Position numbers and translations under genes: made by a program. The notes beneath the pieces are model-generated. The model did not search any database. It was not told the origin of the DNA and worked only from the letters and a program-made list of their open reading frames with translations. A DNA stretch of 64,000 bases from an uncultured Methanosarcinaceae archaeon (GTDB taxonomy: Archaea; Halobacteriota; Methanosarcinia; Methanosarcinales; Methanosarcinaceae): the NCBI GenBank assembly GCA_963833425.1, contig CAWHXP010000011.1, positions 80,671-144,670 on the forward strand, in the 5' to 3' direction. Positions 47,044 through 58,601 of the stretch are shown here, piece by piece; the stretch's first letter is position 1, and every line of letters starts with the position of its first letter.

Positions 47044-49939
47044 TTATTTAATTCTGCTTCGTTTCATTAGCAAGGAATTGGTCGTTACCGAAACTGAACT
47101 AAGTGCCATGAAAGCGGCAGCGAGTTCAGGTGTAATCAGAATCCTGTGAAAAAAGGGATACAGAATTCCTGCTGCAATAGGGATGCCTATCGTATTGTAT
47201 CCAAAAGCCCAGAGTAAATTCTGCCTGATCTTGTTTATGGTAAGCCGGCTCAATTTAAGGGCTGCAACCACATCCTTCGGATCATTTCTTATGAGAACGA
47301 TTTTTGCGGATTCCATTGCAACATCTGTGCCCGCTCCCATAGCAATTTCCCACATCAGATTGAACCAGGGCAGGAGCGTCATTAATACCGTCACCTACCA
47401 TTCCTACAAGTTTGCCCTCATTCTGAAGCTTCTTTATTTCGTTTGCTTTATCCTCGGGCAGCACCTCGGCAAGCAATCTGAGAATCCCCATCTCTGCTGC
47501 AATAGCACCAGCTGTTACTGCATTGTCACAGGTTATCATAACTACCTCGATACCCATTTTTTTCAGGGTTTCAATTGTCTCTTTAGAGTTTTCCTTTAGA
47601 GTGTCAGCAACTGCAACAAGGCCTATAATTTCTTTTTCGGAAGCAACAAAAACTGCGGTTTTTCCGTTTTTTTCGAAACTCCGCATTTTAGCTTCAAGTT
47701 CATTGAATGAGATCCCATTTTCTTCCATAAGTTTACGAGTACCGAGCAAAATTCTTTTTTCTCCAAAATAGGCTTCGATTCCTTTGCCTGGGATGGAACG
47801 GAATTTTTCTACCTTTCCAAGCCTAATTCCTCTTTCCTCAGCTTCTTTTACGACAGCTTCCCCTAACGGATATTCCGATCCTCTTTCAGCTGTAGCTGCA
47901 ATAAAAAGGACTTATTTTTCCTCATGGCCCGGGGCTGTAAACACATCTGTAAGGCTTGGAGTGCCTTCAGTAAGGGTTCCGGTTTTGTCAAAAACGATAG
48001 TGTCAAGCTTATGCGCTCTTTCAAGTGCTTCACCGCCTTTTATAAGGATTCCATTCTCTGCGCCTTTGCCGGTTCCGACCATTATGGCTGCAGGGGTTGC
48101 AAGCCCAACGGCACGTGGACAGAAGATTACAAGAACTGTAATGGAGATAAGCAGGGAAAAGAGAAATGGGCTAATTTCTCCAAGAGATGCCGAGATCCCT
48201 ACCCCGTAGTGCCAGTATCCTATGAAAAACCAGAAGAAAAAAGCAAGAAGGGCAATAATATGCACACTTACTATGAAATTGCCCGCAAAAACGTCTGCAA
48301 CTCTCTGGATGGGGGCTTTGGTTGTCTGAGCAGTTTCCACAAGCCTGATTATCTGGGCAAGAGCAGTGTCAACTCCAACCTTTGTTGCTCTGAACCTGAA
48401 AGATCCTGTCTTGCTTAGTGTAGCACCGATAACCACATCTCCCGGATTTTTCTCCACCGTGATACTTTCTCCTGTGAGCATGGATTCGTCTACTGAAGAA
48501 CTTCCTTCTGCCACAATCCCATCAACCGGGATCTTTTCTCCGGGCCTGACAATAACAATGTCGCTTACTACAACCTCTTCAACAGGGACTTCTTTTTCCA
48601 CGCCATTAACGAGAATCCTGGAAGTCTTTGCTCTGAGTCCCATAAGTTTCCGAATAGCTTCAGACGTTTTGCCTCTTGTTTTTGCTTCGAGGTATCTTCC
48701 AAAGAAATAAAAATGATTAGAAAAGCTACAGTATCATAGTATAAATTATTATACCCGGGGCCCAGATCGAGGAAAGTTGTGGCCACACTGATAAGGTAAG
48801 CTGATCCGGTTCCTGCAGCAATCAGCAGGTTCATGTCAGTCACGCCATATTTGAAGCCCTTGAAAGTCCCGACAAAAAACTGCTTTCCAGGGAAAAGAAG
48901 GACTAGAGTAGACAGTATAAAAAGGACGATATGGTTGGAAAGGAAGCCAGGCACAAAAGATAGGGAGGAAAACATCATGCTCATGTTTCCAATGCCAATT
49001 GGAATTCCCAGCGCAAGGGCTACGATCAGGTTATTTCTCTGCCTCCGGATTTCAGAATCCTGTGACATTTGCTCTCTATCTTCATACTCTACTGTTTCAG
49101 TCCTGACCGCTGCCCCATATCCAATTCCCTGAACTGCATCAATTATCTCCCTGACAGAAATTCGGGCCAAATCGAATTCTACAACTGCCTTTTCAAGTGG
49201 GAAATTTACTGAAGCTGAAATGATGCCTTCTGTTTTATTAAGAACCTTCTCAATGTTTGCAGCACAGGATGCACAAGTCATATCCTGAAGGTCGAGAAGT
49301 TACTCTGTCCGTCTCTACCTTATACCCAATGGATTCGATAGCTTCCTCAATTTCCCTTGGGAGAGATAAGGGAGGGATCAAAACTGACTTTTGCCCGTCC
49401 TAACTCCAGATTGACAGCTACTGAGTCCACTCCTTCCCTTTTCTTCAACACCTTCTCAATATTCAGGGCACAGGCCGAGCATGTCATGCCTGAAACTCCA
49501 AGGGTAATTTCTTTTTTGTCCGTTTTTTGGCTTGAGGTGCTGAGTGTTTCCTTTTCTGCAAGCCTGCATTCTTGCGTCGCTAGGGGGCAGGCTTGAAACT
49601 TTCCTTCCAGTTCTTCTAAAGCTATATCAACAGTTTCTGAGGCTGTGCCTGTTACACCTGCTGCAGTCAAGGTTCTTGCTTCAATATTTGCCTGTGCCTT
49701 TTTGGTTCCTTTTTTTCAATCTCTGTTGAGTAACCAGCCTTTCGGATAGCCTCTTTTATATCATCCATACTAATTTTTTGAGGGTTAAAACTGACAGTAG
49801 CACTTTCAGCTTCCAGATTTACCCCCACTGACTCCACTCCTTCAAGCAAAGATATAGCATCCTCTACTCTTTTCTGGCAGTGACTACAGGTCATGCCGTA
49901 GACTCCTAAATTCACTTCCATCGGGAATATACCACCCAT
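47044..49939 (-). pseudogene. copA: Cu(I)-exporting P1B-type ATPase with three HMA domains; multiple frameshifts
   Basis: [34 protein letters not shown] (CPC altered), DKTGTLT, GDGINDAP, YNTIGIP and MALSSVSV split over 6 ORFs. Confidence 0.92.
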
Positions 49940-49963
49940 GTTTTTTCCAAATCTTTCCGGAGC

Positions 49964-50200
49964 TTATAGAGCCTTTAACGGCTTTGTTATGATTTTGTAA
50001 CCCCTTTTAAGCATGGTCATCCGTATGACATGCGCATCAGTTATCTGGTTGTCATAGAATACATTTCTTGTCCTATCAGAAATATTCAGTTTACTCTGGC
50101 CACTCCCTTTTGATAGAGTTAATGAACTTTGTAGCCTGTCCTTTATAGTATATGTAGACCATGTCATCTACTATGAATGTCGTATCTCTATTGGTTCACA
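49964..50200 (-). pseudogene. Degenerate HMA-like small protein
   Basis: DTTFIVDDMVYIYYKG (the CxxC position reads YxxY) frameshifts into LNISDRTRNVFYDNQITD..KRGYKI. Confidence 0.4.
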
Positions 50201-50307
50201 CCCACCGAATCAGCTGTTTTTTTCAAACAGGCGCTTCACCCATTGTAATAACAATCTGTACCCTTTGGTATGTAATCCTTTGAAACTGATGTGCGCGATC
50301 CTCATCT

Positions 50308-50514
50308 TTACACGGGCTCATACCCGGCTTCCTTAACTGCAGCCTTGATTTTTTCGAGGTTTGCCTTCTTTTCGTCGTATTCAACAACTACATGGTTATT
50401 CTGAAGATTTACCTCCACTTTCCGTATACCTTCGATGGCTTCAATTGCTTTTTTAACCCTCATATCACAGTGTCCGCAGGTCATGCCTTCAACTTTTATT
50501 GTTTCTTGAGTTAT
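50308..50514 (-). CDS. copZ: CopZ-like copper chaperone; start codon reads ATA
   Basis: Manual translation (I)TQETIKVEGMTCGHCDMRVKKAIEAIEG...KAAVKEAGYEPV*, with RBS AGGAGG upstream. Missed by the ORF track. Confidence 0.75.
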   Translation of the reverse strand: MTQETIKVEGMTCGHCDMRVKKAIEAIEGIRKVEVNLQNNHVVVEYDEKKANLEKIKAAVKEAGYEPV

Positions 50515-50789
50515 GATTTCGCCCTCCTATTTCATACTTGTTCAGATTACTTTATCAAATAAATTTCTTGACTATTGATAGAATAATAATTCAAATAGAA
50601 TATCTGATTACCCATAGATTTCAACTATAGTGTTGGATAATATATCTCTGGAAATTTTACATAGTTTATGTGTGGGGCTTTTTTGGCAAGCTTAATGCAA
50701 GCAGAATACAAGCATAATCACAACAAAATAACACTATGTATTGTAGAGATTTATATATATAATAAGAGGGTTTATAAGTGGGTTTTCCA

Positions 50790-51020
50790 ATGGATCTCAA
50801 AAAATTGTTTCTGGAAGAAAATGTAGGTGGCTTTGATCTCCTGTTTCGGGCTATGTTTGGAGTGCTTGTAATAATTGCTTTGCCATAGGTTTTGTGAAAA
50901 CATCTCCCTGGGAATGGTTTGTACGCTGATAGCTTTTACAGGGCTCTTCAGTTCTATCATGAGACACTGCACTCTCTACTCTATCATTTAAGATTAATAC
51001 TGCAAAAATAATTCGAGATA
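50790..51020 (+). pseudogene. Second DUF2892-like copy, frameshifted; part of a ~0.5-kb direct repeat with 34050-34485
   Basis: MDLKKLFLEENVGGFDLLFRAMFGVL, then indels; the flanks also align. Confidence 0.75.
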
Positions 51021-51202
51021 AATTTTAAGGCTTTAAGGATTTATCCTTATTAGGGGTATTGTGGAATATGCCCATTTTCTTCAATTCGCTGTTCATTTTC
51101 AACTAAATTGCCTGACCAAAATTTAAACATATTTCATTTTTTTTAAAATAAAAATATTTGATTCTTTTGTTTCCCAAATAATATTGAGAAAATATACTCT
51201 TT

Positions 51203-51293
51203 TTAGGACTTACGCACTTGAGATATAATATTAAGTACAATAAATACTGTGTTTTAATATTATTGATTTTTCAGCTCAACCGCGTAAGTCCTA
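51203..51293. mobile_element. MITE-like repeat, best-preserved copy
   Basis: IRs TAGGACTTACGC / GCGTAAGTCCTA. Confidence 0.8.
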
Positions 51294-51304
51294 CTGACAA
51301 CAAA

Positions 51305-51481
51305 TTAGATTTTTTTTATATATGGCTTAATCATTTTTCTTTTATGCACTACATAAACTGCAAATGCTTTTCCACATTCGGTGCACACAAGATCTTTCTG
51401 AGGCACAGAAAATGTGTTAGTTGCTTCACAGTGCGGACATTTACATTTCCATTTAGAAGGATACTAAATTGTTTCTTCCAT
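51305..51481 (-). CDS. Small zinc-ribbon protein with an in-frame TAG at codon 6 (pseudogene or read-through)
   Basis: MEETI*YPSKWKCKCPHCEATNTFSVPQKDLVCTECGKAFAVYVVHKRKMIKPYIKKI*. Confidence 0.5.
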
Positions 51482-51497
51482 AATCTCAACTCTTACT

Positions 51498-51583
51498 TGG
51501 TGCGAGAGGTGCGATTTGAACACAGAACTCCTACAAGACAGACTTTCAATTTGATGCCTTGGACCTAACTGGGCTACTCTCGC
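51498..51583 (-). pseudogene. Degenerate tRNA-Leu-type gene (long variable arm, encoded CCA) whose anticodon reads GAA
   Basis: GCGAGAGTAGCCCAGTTAGGTCCAAGGCATCAAATTGAAAGTCTGTCTTGTAGGAGTTCTGTGTTCAAATCGCACCTCTCGCACCA. The acceptor stem is intact; the anticodon and T stems carry mismatches. Confidence 0.8.
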
Positions 51584-52654
51584 ACACGATTTATACTTCA
51601 GCCAATTTAATGTCACTATGTAAAATAATGCATGTAGGATACATATTTTCAAAAGTAGTGAGATTTCCTCGAACCTCAAGTTTTTTCCAATTTTTTTTAA
51701 TAGAAAAATAAGAGTTAAAACAACATATTTCATGTTGTCACCCATCTTAAAAGATATACGAAATAATGGCAAGTGCAACAAAAATTATTGCACGCTACTT
51801 TGCAATATTCATGGACAAGCCTTCAATTCCTTGTACGCCAAGATATATGTAACCAATGCGAAAACTAGCAAAACTACTGCAAGTTCTCTCAAACCCGGCA
51901 CATTTTCACTCCCCAATGTATTGAATCAATTATCCATAATGAGTATATACACGATATAGTTCCTCGCGAGTTAACAATGATTTATTTCAGTCAAAACCTT
52001 ATGTTTTTTCCATAATACATTAGTTTTGTTATTTTGAATATATTGAAAGAGGCTAATATAGCGTTTTCTTTAACAATTTCACTAAAATGTAACGTAAAAA
52101 ACCTGAAAAATAGGTAAATGTCTGTGGTGTATAAAATATCGCATGCTCCATACTCTCTATATAGTATCCCAAAAATATGGAATATAATCATTTTTCAGAT
52201 TTGTTCACTCACCTAAGGACACGACTACAAACTTAAAAATTTTTATTATAGTAGTGTAGTGTTAATAATAACCCTTCTCAAATTTTTTAAATCTAGAATT
52301 TGATATAAGATTAATCTGCATTGTTTTTTAGGAAAAAGCTCAATTCTAAATTTGTGAAGATTCCCAAAAAAAAATAATTAATATTAAATTATTGTTTGAG
52401 ATTAAAACATTTTATGCAGAGTAATTTTTATTCCGAAAATATTTTTCGTACAATTAATTAAAAATAACCAAGGGGGTTATTTCATATTTTACTGAAAATT
52501 AATCGGTCAAAAGGTGAGTAATAACCGGTATATATGTGAATAAAGAATTGCTTGGAAGGCGTTGGTTCTTCTATAATCTAAAATCTAAATAATAATGGGT
52601 TAACAATATAATATGAAATGTAAATCATCAGCTATAAAATGAGGATAGAATTTC

Positions 52655-53651
52655 GGCTCTGTAGAAATCCTCAATTTGATGCCAATTACCTCTACAACTT
52701 TTTTGTTTATGTTGTATATTATTAATTTAATTTTAATCTCTTTCACTTGATAACGGAATTTCCTTGCCCTTAGTGTTTCTCCTAATTTTCTTTTAACTAC
52801 AGAAAATATTGTCTCCACGATATTTCTTTGATTATATTTAATTCTGTCAAAGACCAGATTCAACTGTTTTCTATATTTTCCTCTTATTCTCTTCCTTTTT
52901 CTCTCTTACAGGTATAATTGAATCTGCTTTGATTTCTTCTTAATTATAGAATGTATTTTTTCTGAATCAGATCCTTTATCCATCACATAACAATCAGACT
53001 TTCTCATCTTATTTGATTGCCTTATCAGAGCATTTGCATGTTTGATTTCATGGTCTGTTTTTTGACTAATTTTCCATCCCAATATTATCTATTTACTTGT
53101 GTCCACTGACATTGAAGTTCTCAGGAAGCTTCTTCGAAGCTTCCCTGTTCTTCTGGAAATATAACAACTTGCATATGAACTCGTAAATCCTGTTGCATCA
53201 ATCGCTGCAACATAGACATTTTCTCCATATGAGTAAAACAGCTTTAGAATCCTTGACAGAAGAAGGTTAAACAGGGAGGAAGGAATTCTAGTTACAAACT
53301 TTTGAAGGGTAGTGAAATGTGAAATCTTATCAAGAGCAAGTTTTTCTTTTATATCGCTCATAAGGTCAATAAGTTCTACAAAATCTCGATAGTCTGTACT
53401 AATATACTCTTTCAATAAAACAGTGAAAGAAGCTGATGCTGAGTAAAAACGTATTTTGAATACTTGCAGGAATAAAGCTTCAGTTTCGAAGACTGAACAG
53501 TTTCAAGACTAGTATCAACAAATTTAATGTACTTATTAAACTTCAATATTGAATGTTCCTTCATTTTTAGCGAAAAAAATAAGAAGAATATTATAATTGA
53601 ATAGTTATAATACTGGTGTAAAAGTTCAATTTAGAGCATTTCTACAGAGCC
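52655..53651 (-). mobile_element. IS5-like DDE element with 8-bp target-site duplication; transposase disrupted
   Basis: IRs GGCTCTGTAGAAAT / ATTTCTACAGAGCC; AGAATTTC on both flanks (52647-52654 and 53652-53659); [15 protein letters not shown] and YNQRNIVETIFS motifs. Confidence 0.9.
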
Positions 53652-54434
53652 AGAATTTCCAACATGAAATTTCAATATGATTTATCCTTCCATAACAAAT
53701 CTGGATTATTTAATTGAGAAATTAATCTTTTACTGTATCTGCAGATGGAGTTATTGAAAAACTAACAACCTCAAAAATAAATTAAAAAGTATGGAATGTA
53801 ATAGTATGGAAAAACAACATTTGACTAAATAAAAAAGAAACTAGTCATTTTGGTACTTTTATTTGTAGTAATTTCAAGACAGCTATGACTATAAGCGCAG
53901 CTAGGCATGTCGTAAAAACAGGCCACTAAGCGAAGTATGTTAGGTCACACAACTAAGCAATTAGTACGAACAGGTCATCACTACCATCTAATAGTTCATC
54001 ACCACCGCCCACGTACCCCTACTTCATGGCCATTATTAGTTTAACTGTGACTGGATGTGGAACCCTTACACTAATCAGTGGAATGGGCCTGCTAACCAAT
54101 GATTATGGACACCTGTTCTCCATAGATTTTAATGACAATTTCATGAGATAACTTCATGGGAAATTACATCAACTGGCTGGCAGGAAGATTACACCTCATC
54201 CCTCCGGTATGCAGGCCTACCTCGTCAGTTACTTGTAAGTTTATTTATCCGGGACTTGCGCTTGGATTACGTGGACCGCAAAGACCACAAAATCACTTAA
54301 TGCTAAAATTGATGGTAAATTTTGACGAACTCAGAAGATGGTATAAATTCTCATATATAGTATATACTATAGCCTATAACAGGTACTAGTGGCTTTTTAT
54401 TCTCTGTTACTCTCATTTTTACAAAAAGTAATAA

Positions 54435-55680
54435 GTGGGATATATGACACAAATTCGAATAGGAATGTTTAGCTGGAAAAGTTTGCATTCGATATGTGTA
54501 GGAGGAGTTTCACTCCATGTATCTGAACTCTCTGAAGCTTTTGCTGCTGAGGGACATGAGGTTCATATCTTTACACGAAGCTGTGAAGACAAAGATGAAA
54601 TTATCAGTGGTGTTCACTATCATTGAGTTGCCTGTGATCAATATGGAGGGATATTGGAACAAATGAACTGAATGTGCGATAGTATGTGCTGTCGGTTCCT
54701 GGATGTAAGAGAAAAGATGGGTGAGTTTGACGTTCTACATGGGCACGATTTGCATCCAGTAAATGCTCTATGCAGGATAAAAGCTCAGTTCAGGTTGTTT
54801 TCTGTGTTGACTTTTCACAGCACTGAATGGGGCCGTAATGGAAATATTTATGGGGACTGTGGGAAGCAAAGGAAATATCTCACAGGGAATGCTCGGAGGG
54901 TACGAATGCTCTGATGTGATCACGACCTCGCCAATATTGAAGGAAGAAATTCAGCAAATTTACAAAATTCCCGATTACAAGTTATGGGAGATTGCAAATG
55001 ACATAAATGTGGGAAAGATAAAAAGAGAAATCGACCCAGGAAATGTAAAAAGGCACTATGGCATCTACCCATGTCTCCCAGTAGTGCTTTTTATGGGAAG
55101 GACGGTATATCAGAAAAGGCCTGATCTGCTGGTTGAAGCCCGGCAAGAGTCCTGAAAAAAAGAATGCACAATTTGTATTCTTGGAGAGGGGGGAATGCGC
55201 TTTCACTGTCAATATCAAGCTCAGAAGCTTGGGGTTGGCAAATTTTGCAACTTTCTTGGGTATGCTCCGGATGATACTGTAATAGATTGGTTTAATGCCT
55301 GTGATCTTGTTTGTGTACCTAGCAGAAATGAGCCCTTCGGAATTGTTGTGCTTGAAGCCTGGGACGCAAGAAAACCGGTAGTTGCGAGTGATGCAGTAGC
55401 TCTTGTGGAAAATTTCAAAACAGGCGTTATTGTTCATAAAGATCCCTCTTCTATCGCCTGGGAACTCAATTATGTCCTTGAAGGGCTTGGTCGTAACAGA
55501 ATGGGGGAAAACGGGTATGATCTTCTCAAAAAGAAATATAACTGGAAAACAATAGCTTAAAAGACCTTTGAAGTATATGAAGAAGTAATTGAAAAGCAAG
55601 ATCCTGTAATGAAAACCGAGATAAGAACAAACTCCAATGAAGAGGTTGATGGGAAAAATAAGTCTCAAGTAAAATTTAAT
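54435..55680 (+). pseudogene. GT4-family glycosyltransferase (glycogen-synthase-like), disrupted
   Basis: IGMFSWKSLHSICVGG, DVLHGHDLH, TFHSTEWGRNG and VPSRNEPFGIVVLEAW motifs; TGA stops, frameshifts and a TAA at 55558. Confidence 0.85.
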
Positions 55681-55940
55681 AATTGATTTGATTCGGTGTT
55701 TTTCTGATATCTCCAAGTACATACTTTTTTCTACTAAACTTAAATGCAACGTCGGACTACGGAAAGTACACTAAACAAGATAGGAAGATGATTATAGAAC
55801 CTATTTTCATATGTCACAATTTTTACCGTGGTTATGTTTTTAAATAACTCATTCCCCTGTCCGAAGATTTCACATAACTAAAAAATATACATTATTGTTT
55901 CAGCTGAGTTAAGATTTTCTAAAAAGCAAAAATACACTGG

Positions 55941-57101
55941 TCATAAAGTATCTAATTCAATATCAGCAACATGATATTCTGAAATACAGAGCCTGTAAGC
56001 CCTGTTAACTAGCTCAAGCATATTCTGGTCTCTCCGGTCTATTCTTATTCCGCAAGCAAGGGAAAGGTACTCAGTAAGGTCAAAGATTATTATTTTCTCA
56101 TTTTTTCCAGCCTCAATGAGGTTTTGCATACAACCCCCGCAATTCGTGATGATTGCATCACATCCCAGCTTTTCTGCAGCTCTGAATCTGTCCGATGCCA
56201 TGGAGAGGGACTCATAAGGATAGTTAATCCTCACTCCACCTCCAAAACCGCAACATGCCGAATTTTTAGGAGTTTTATTTGCAAGTTCTGTTCCCTTGAT
56301 TTTTTCAAGCACATTTCTTGCTTCCTGATAGACTCTCATTCCCCTAGTCAAGTGGCAGGGATCATGATAAAAAACTTTGTGATTAAGAGTAGCCTCTGGA
56401 CTAAGTTTGCCGTTTCTTAACAGAAGTTCTAGATACTGGGAAACTTGCATGACCTGAAAATCAAATTTTCCAAACAGCCTTGGATATATATCCTTAAAAG
56501 CTTTGAAACATCCTGGACAGGCAGTTATAAGAGTTTTTGCTCCTCTTTTTCGGACTTCATCGATATTTCGCTGTCCGTTCTTGTGGATAGGACTCGGATC
56601 ACCAGCACCTGCAGATACAGCTCCACAACAGCACTCAATCCCACTCAAAACGGTGTAATCGACTCTTGCTTTCTCCAAAAGAGCAACTGCAGCTGTCGCT
56701 ATGCTGGTATTGATGTAGGTACCCGCGCACCCGGGAAAATAAACTACAGAACCGAGAATATCTTTGTACACGGGAATTTCATTCATTTCAGCGATTTTTT
56801 TGAAGATGTTATTTTGAGCATTCGGATTCATTATGGTCTGCCTATCCGTAAGACCGTTTTCATTTATCCACTTTTGTCGGGCAGGAGAAATAAGTGGCTT
56901 GATTCCAAGTCCTTCAGGACAGGCGCAGGTACAAAGTCCGCAGGTCAGACAGCGAAGAAGAGAGCCGGAATCAATGCCTGAATTCCCTTCTAAATACTTG
57001 CAGAGTTTTTCAATCAATTTGGGATCATTATATCGAGGGCAGACTTCAAGGCATTGTCCGCAATATGTACATTTTTCTCTGTATTTTTTTAAGATATCCA
57101 T
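55941..57101 (-). CDS. HdrD/GlpC-like Fe-S oxidoreductase (2 x 4Fe-4S motifs plus 2 CCG domains)
   Basis: CTYCGQCLEVCP, CLTCGLCTCACP, YFPGC, CCCG, YHDPCHL and CCGFGGG motifs. Confidence 0.9.
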   Translation of the reverse strand: MDILKKYREKCTYCGQCLEVCPRYNDPKLIEKLCKYLEGNSGIDSGSLLRCLTCGLCTCACPEGLGIKPLISPARQKWINENGLTDRQTIMNPNAQNNIFKKIAEMNEIPVYKDILGSVVYFPGCAGTYINTSIATAAVALLEKARVDYTVLSGIECCCGAVSAGAGDPSPIHKNGQRNIDEVRKRGAKTLITACPGCFKAFKDIYPRLFGKFDFQVMQVSQYLELLLRNGKLSPEATLNHKVFYHDPCHLTRGMRVYQEARNVLEKIKGTELANKTPKNSACCGFGGGVRINYPYESLSMASDRFRAAEKLGCDAIITNCGGCMQNLIEAGKNEKIIIFDLTEYLSLACGIRIDRRDQNMLELVNRAYRLCISEYHVADIELDTL

Positions 57102-57120
57102 TTTTCAACTCCATATCTTC

Positions 57121-57257
57121 TTAGGACTTGTGTACTTGGAGTACAAAATTAAATACAATAAACACTGTAGTTTAAATTTTCCATTTCAAACAGTTAAAGA
57201 TTTAATGCTATTGACGTTTAATGATATTGATTTTTCAGTTCAACTGCATAAATCCTA
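57121..57257. mobile_element. MITE-like repeat (TTAGGACTTACGCA-end family)
   Basis: TTAGGACTTGTGTACTTG ... TTTTTCAGTTCAACTGCATAAATCCTA. Confidence 0.65.
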
Positions 57258-57269
57258 TATTATTAAGGA

Positions 57270-58221
57270 TTCTCATTACAATGCATACATTGTGCCGACG
57301 GTATTGAGCAGGAATTGTTTAGGCATCTCCTCTGCAAACTTGTTTATCGCTTTCCAGCCTGTACAGTACATGGGTACAATGTAATCAGGCTTGATTCTTT
57401 TCATTTTGTCAATTGTAGACTGAATTTTTGGTCTAAAAATTGCCCTGGAAAGTGAAAGCCTCCTACAATTGCATGAACCTTATTCGTCCTTGTAATTTTC
57501 TTCGCATACTCGACTGTATTGATAATTCCTGCATGAGCACAACTGCTAATAATCACAAGCCTTTTGTTCTTCAGTTTTATAATCAATCCCTGATCATCCC
57601 TGAAAGGATCAATAGTCCAGTTTCCATCGATTTTTGCTTCAGCTCCGGAGAGTCCTTTTTCAAATGCTGTTGTTCGTTCCACCTTTCCTGTAGTATGGAT
57701 AAGGCTATTTGCAATCATTAAAGCTTTTTTTGACTTTATGGGAACAACTCCTGCTTCTATCAAAATACCTTCATCGAATGCAGGCATTATGACAGGATGT
57801 CCAATTGCGGGAATATTCGTACGGCGTTCAAGAAAAGCGTCAGGATGAAGATAAAGAGTGACTCCTTTATCTCGCTCTTCGCCTATGAGTTTCAAGATCT
57901 CGACAAGTCCAAGAAAATGATCCGGATGGCCATAGCTCCGGATAACAGCTTTTATTCTGCCAAGATCAGCTTTCAAAAGCGCTGGATTATTAAAAATGCA
58001 GGCCGGAGTGACTGCTGCATCATAAGTACTATATGTTCTTCAGAGGCAGCCCAAACTTTAATTAGGCATGAATGTCCATGTTCTGCGAGGATTATTTGAG
58101 GAAAGGATAATTGCAGTCGTCTACATACATCAGTATTTTCTGTTACTGACCTATGCGTATAATTATCAATTAGGATTGTTACTTCCAACTTGTTTGCTTC
58201 CCGAATAGTCAGCTCATCCAT
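57270..58221 (-). pseudogene. MBL-fold metallo-hydrolase, frameshifted
   Basis: VTILIDNY, AEHGHS, SYGHPDHFLG, FRDDQGL, SSCAHAGIIN, GGFH and, in another frame, PMYCTGW. Confidence 0.8.
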
Positions 58222-58601
58222 GTAAAAACTTGGTTTTATCTGGAGTGTAGATTTTTTCTCTAGATATTTATATGAGGTATGTAAGCCTGAATGATGGCAA
58301 TCCTTATAATTTTTGAGTCATTTTAAGTTTTCTGGTTCTTCTTAAATTTTGAAAGAATAATGGAATTCAATCCATATTTATTAAGTCCCTTCCCGCATTT
58401 TGGAAAAGTTGATCTATTCACATCTTGATTTTTTATACAAACCTTTAATCTTTGCTAAAATTATCCACTGCCCTTGACAATTCTATTAGAAATCGAAAGA
58501 AAACTGAAATAGGTGAAGTTTCTTGCACCTGGTGTCAATAAGCGCGCTCCTTGCAAATTCTCTAAAGAAAGCTTTTATTCTTCCAAATTCAATTTAATGG
58601 C

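Noticed and set aside
53790..54330. Low-complexity CAT/CAC-rich stretch as a novel peptide or RNA locus
   Set aside because: No sustained reading frame or regular repeat; it looks like a decayed secreted-protein gene, similar to the remnants at ~4983-5180 and ~23300-23600.
54624..54671. In-frame TGA codons in the GT4 gene as selenocysteine
   Set aside because: Methanosarcina are not known to use Sec, the positions are not catalytic Cys sites, and the gene has further frameshifts.
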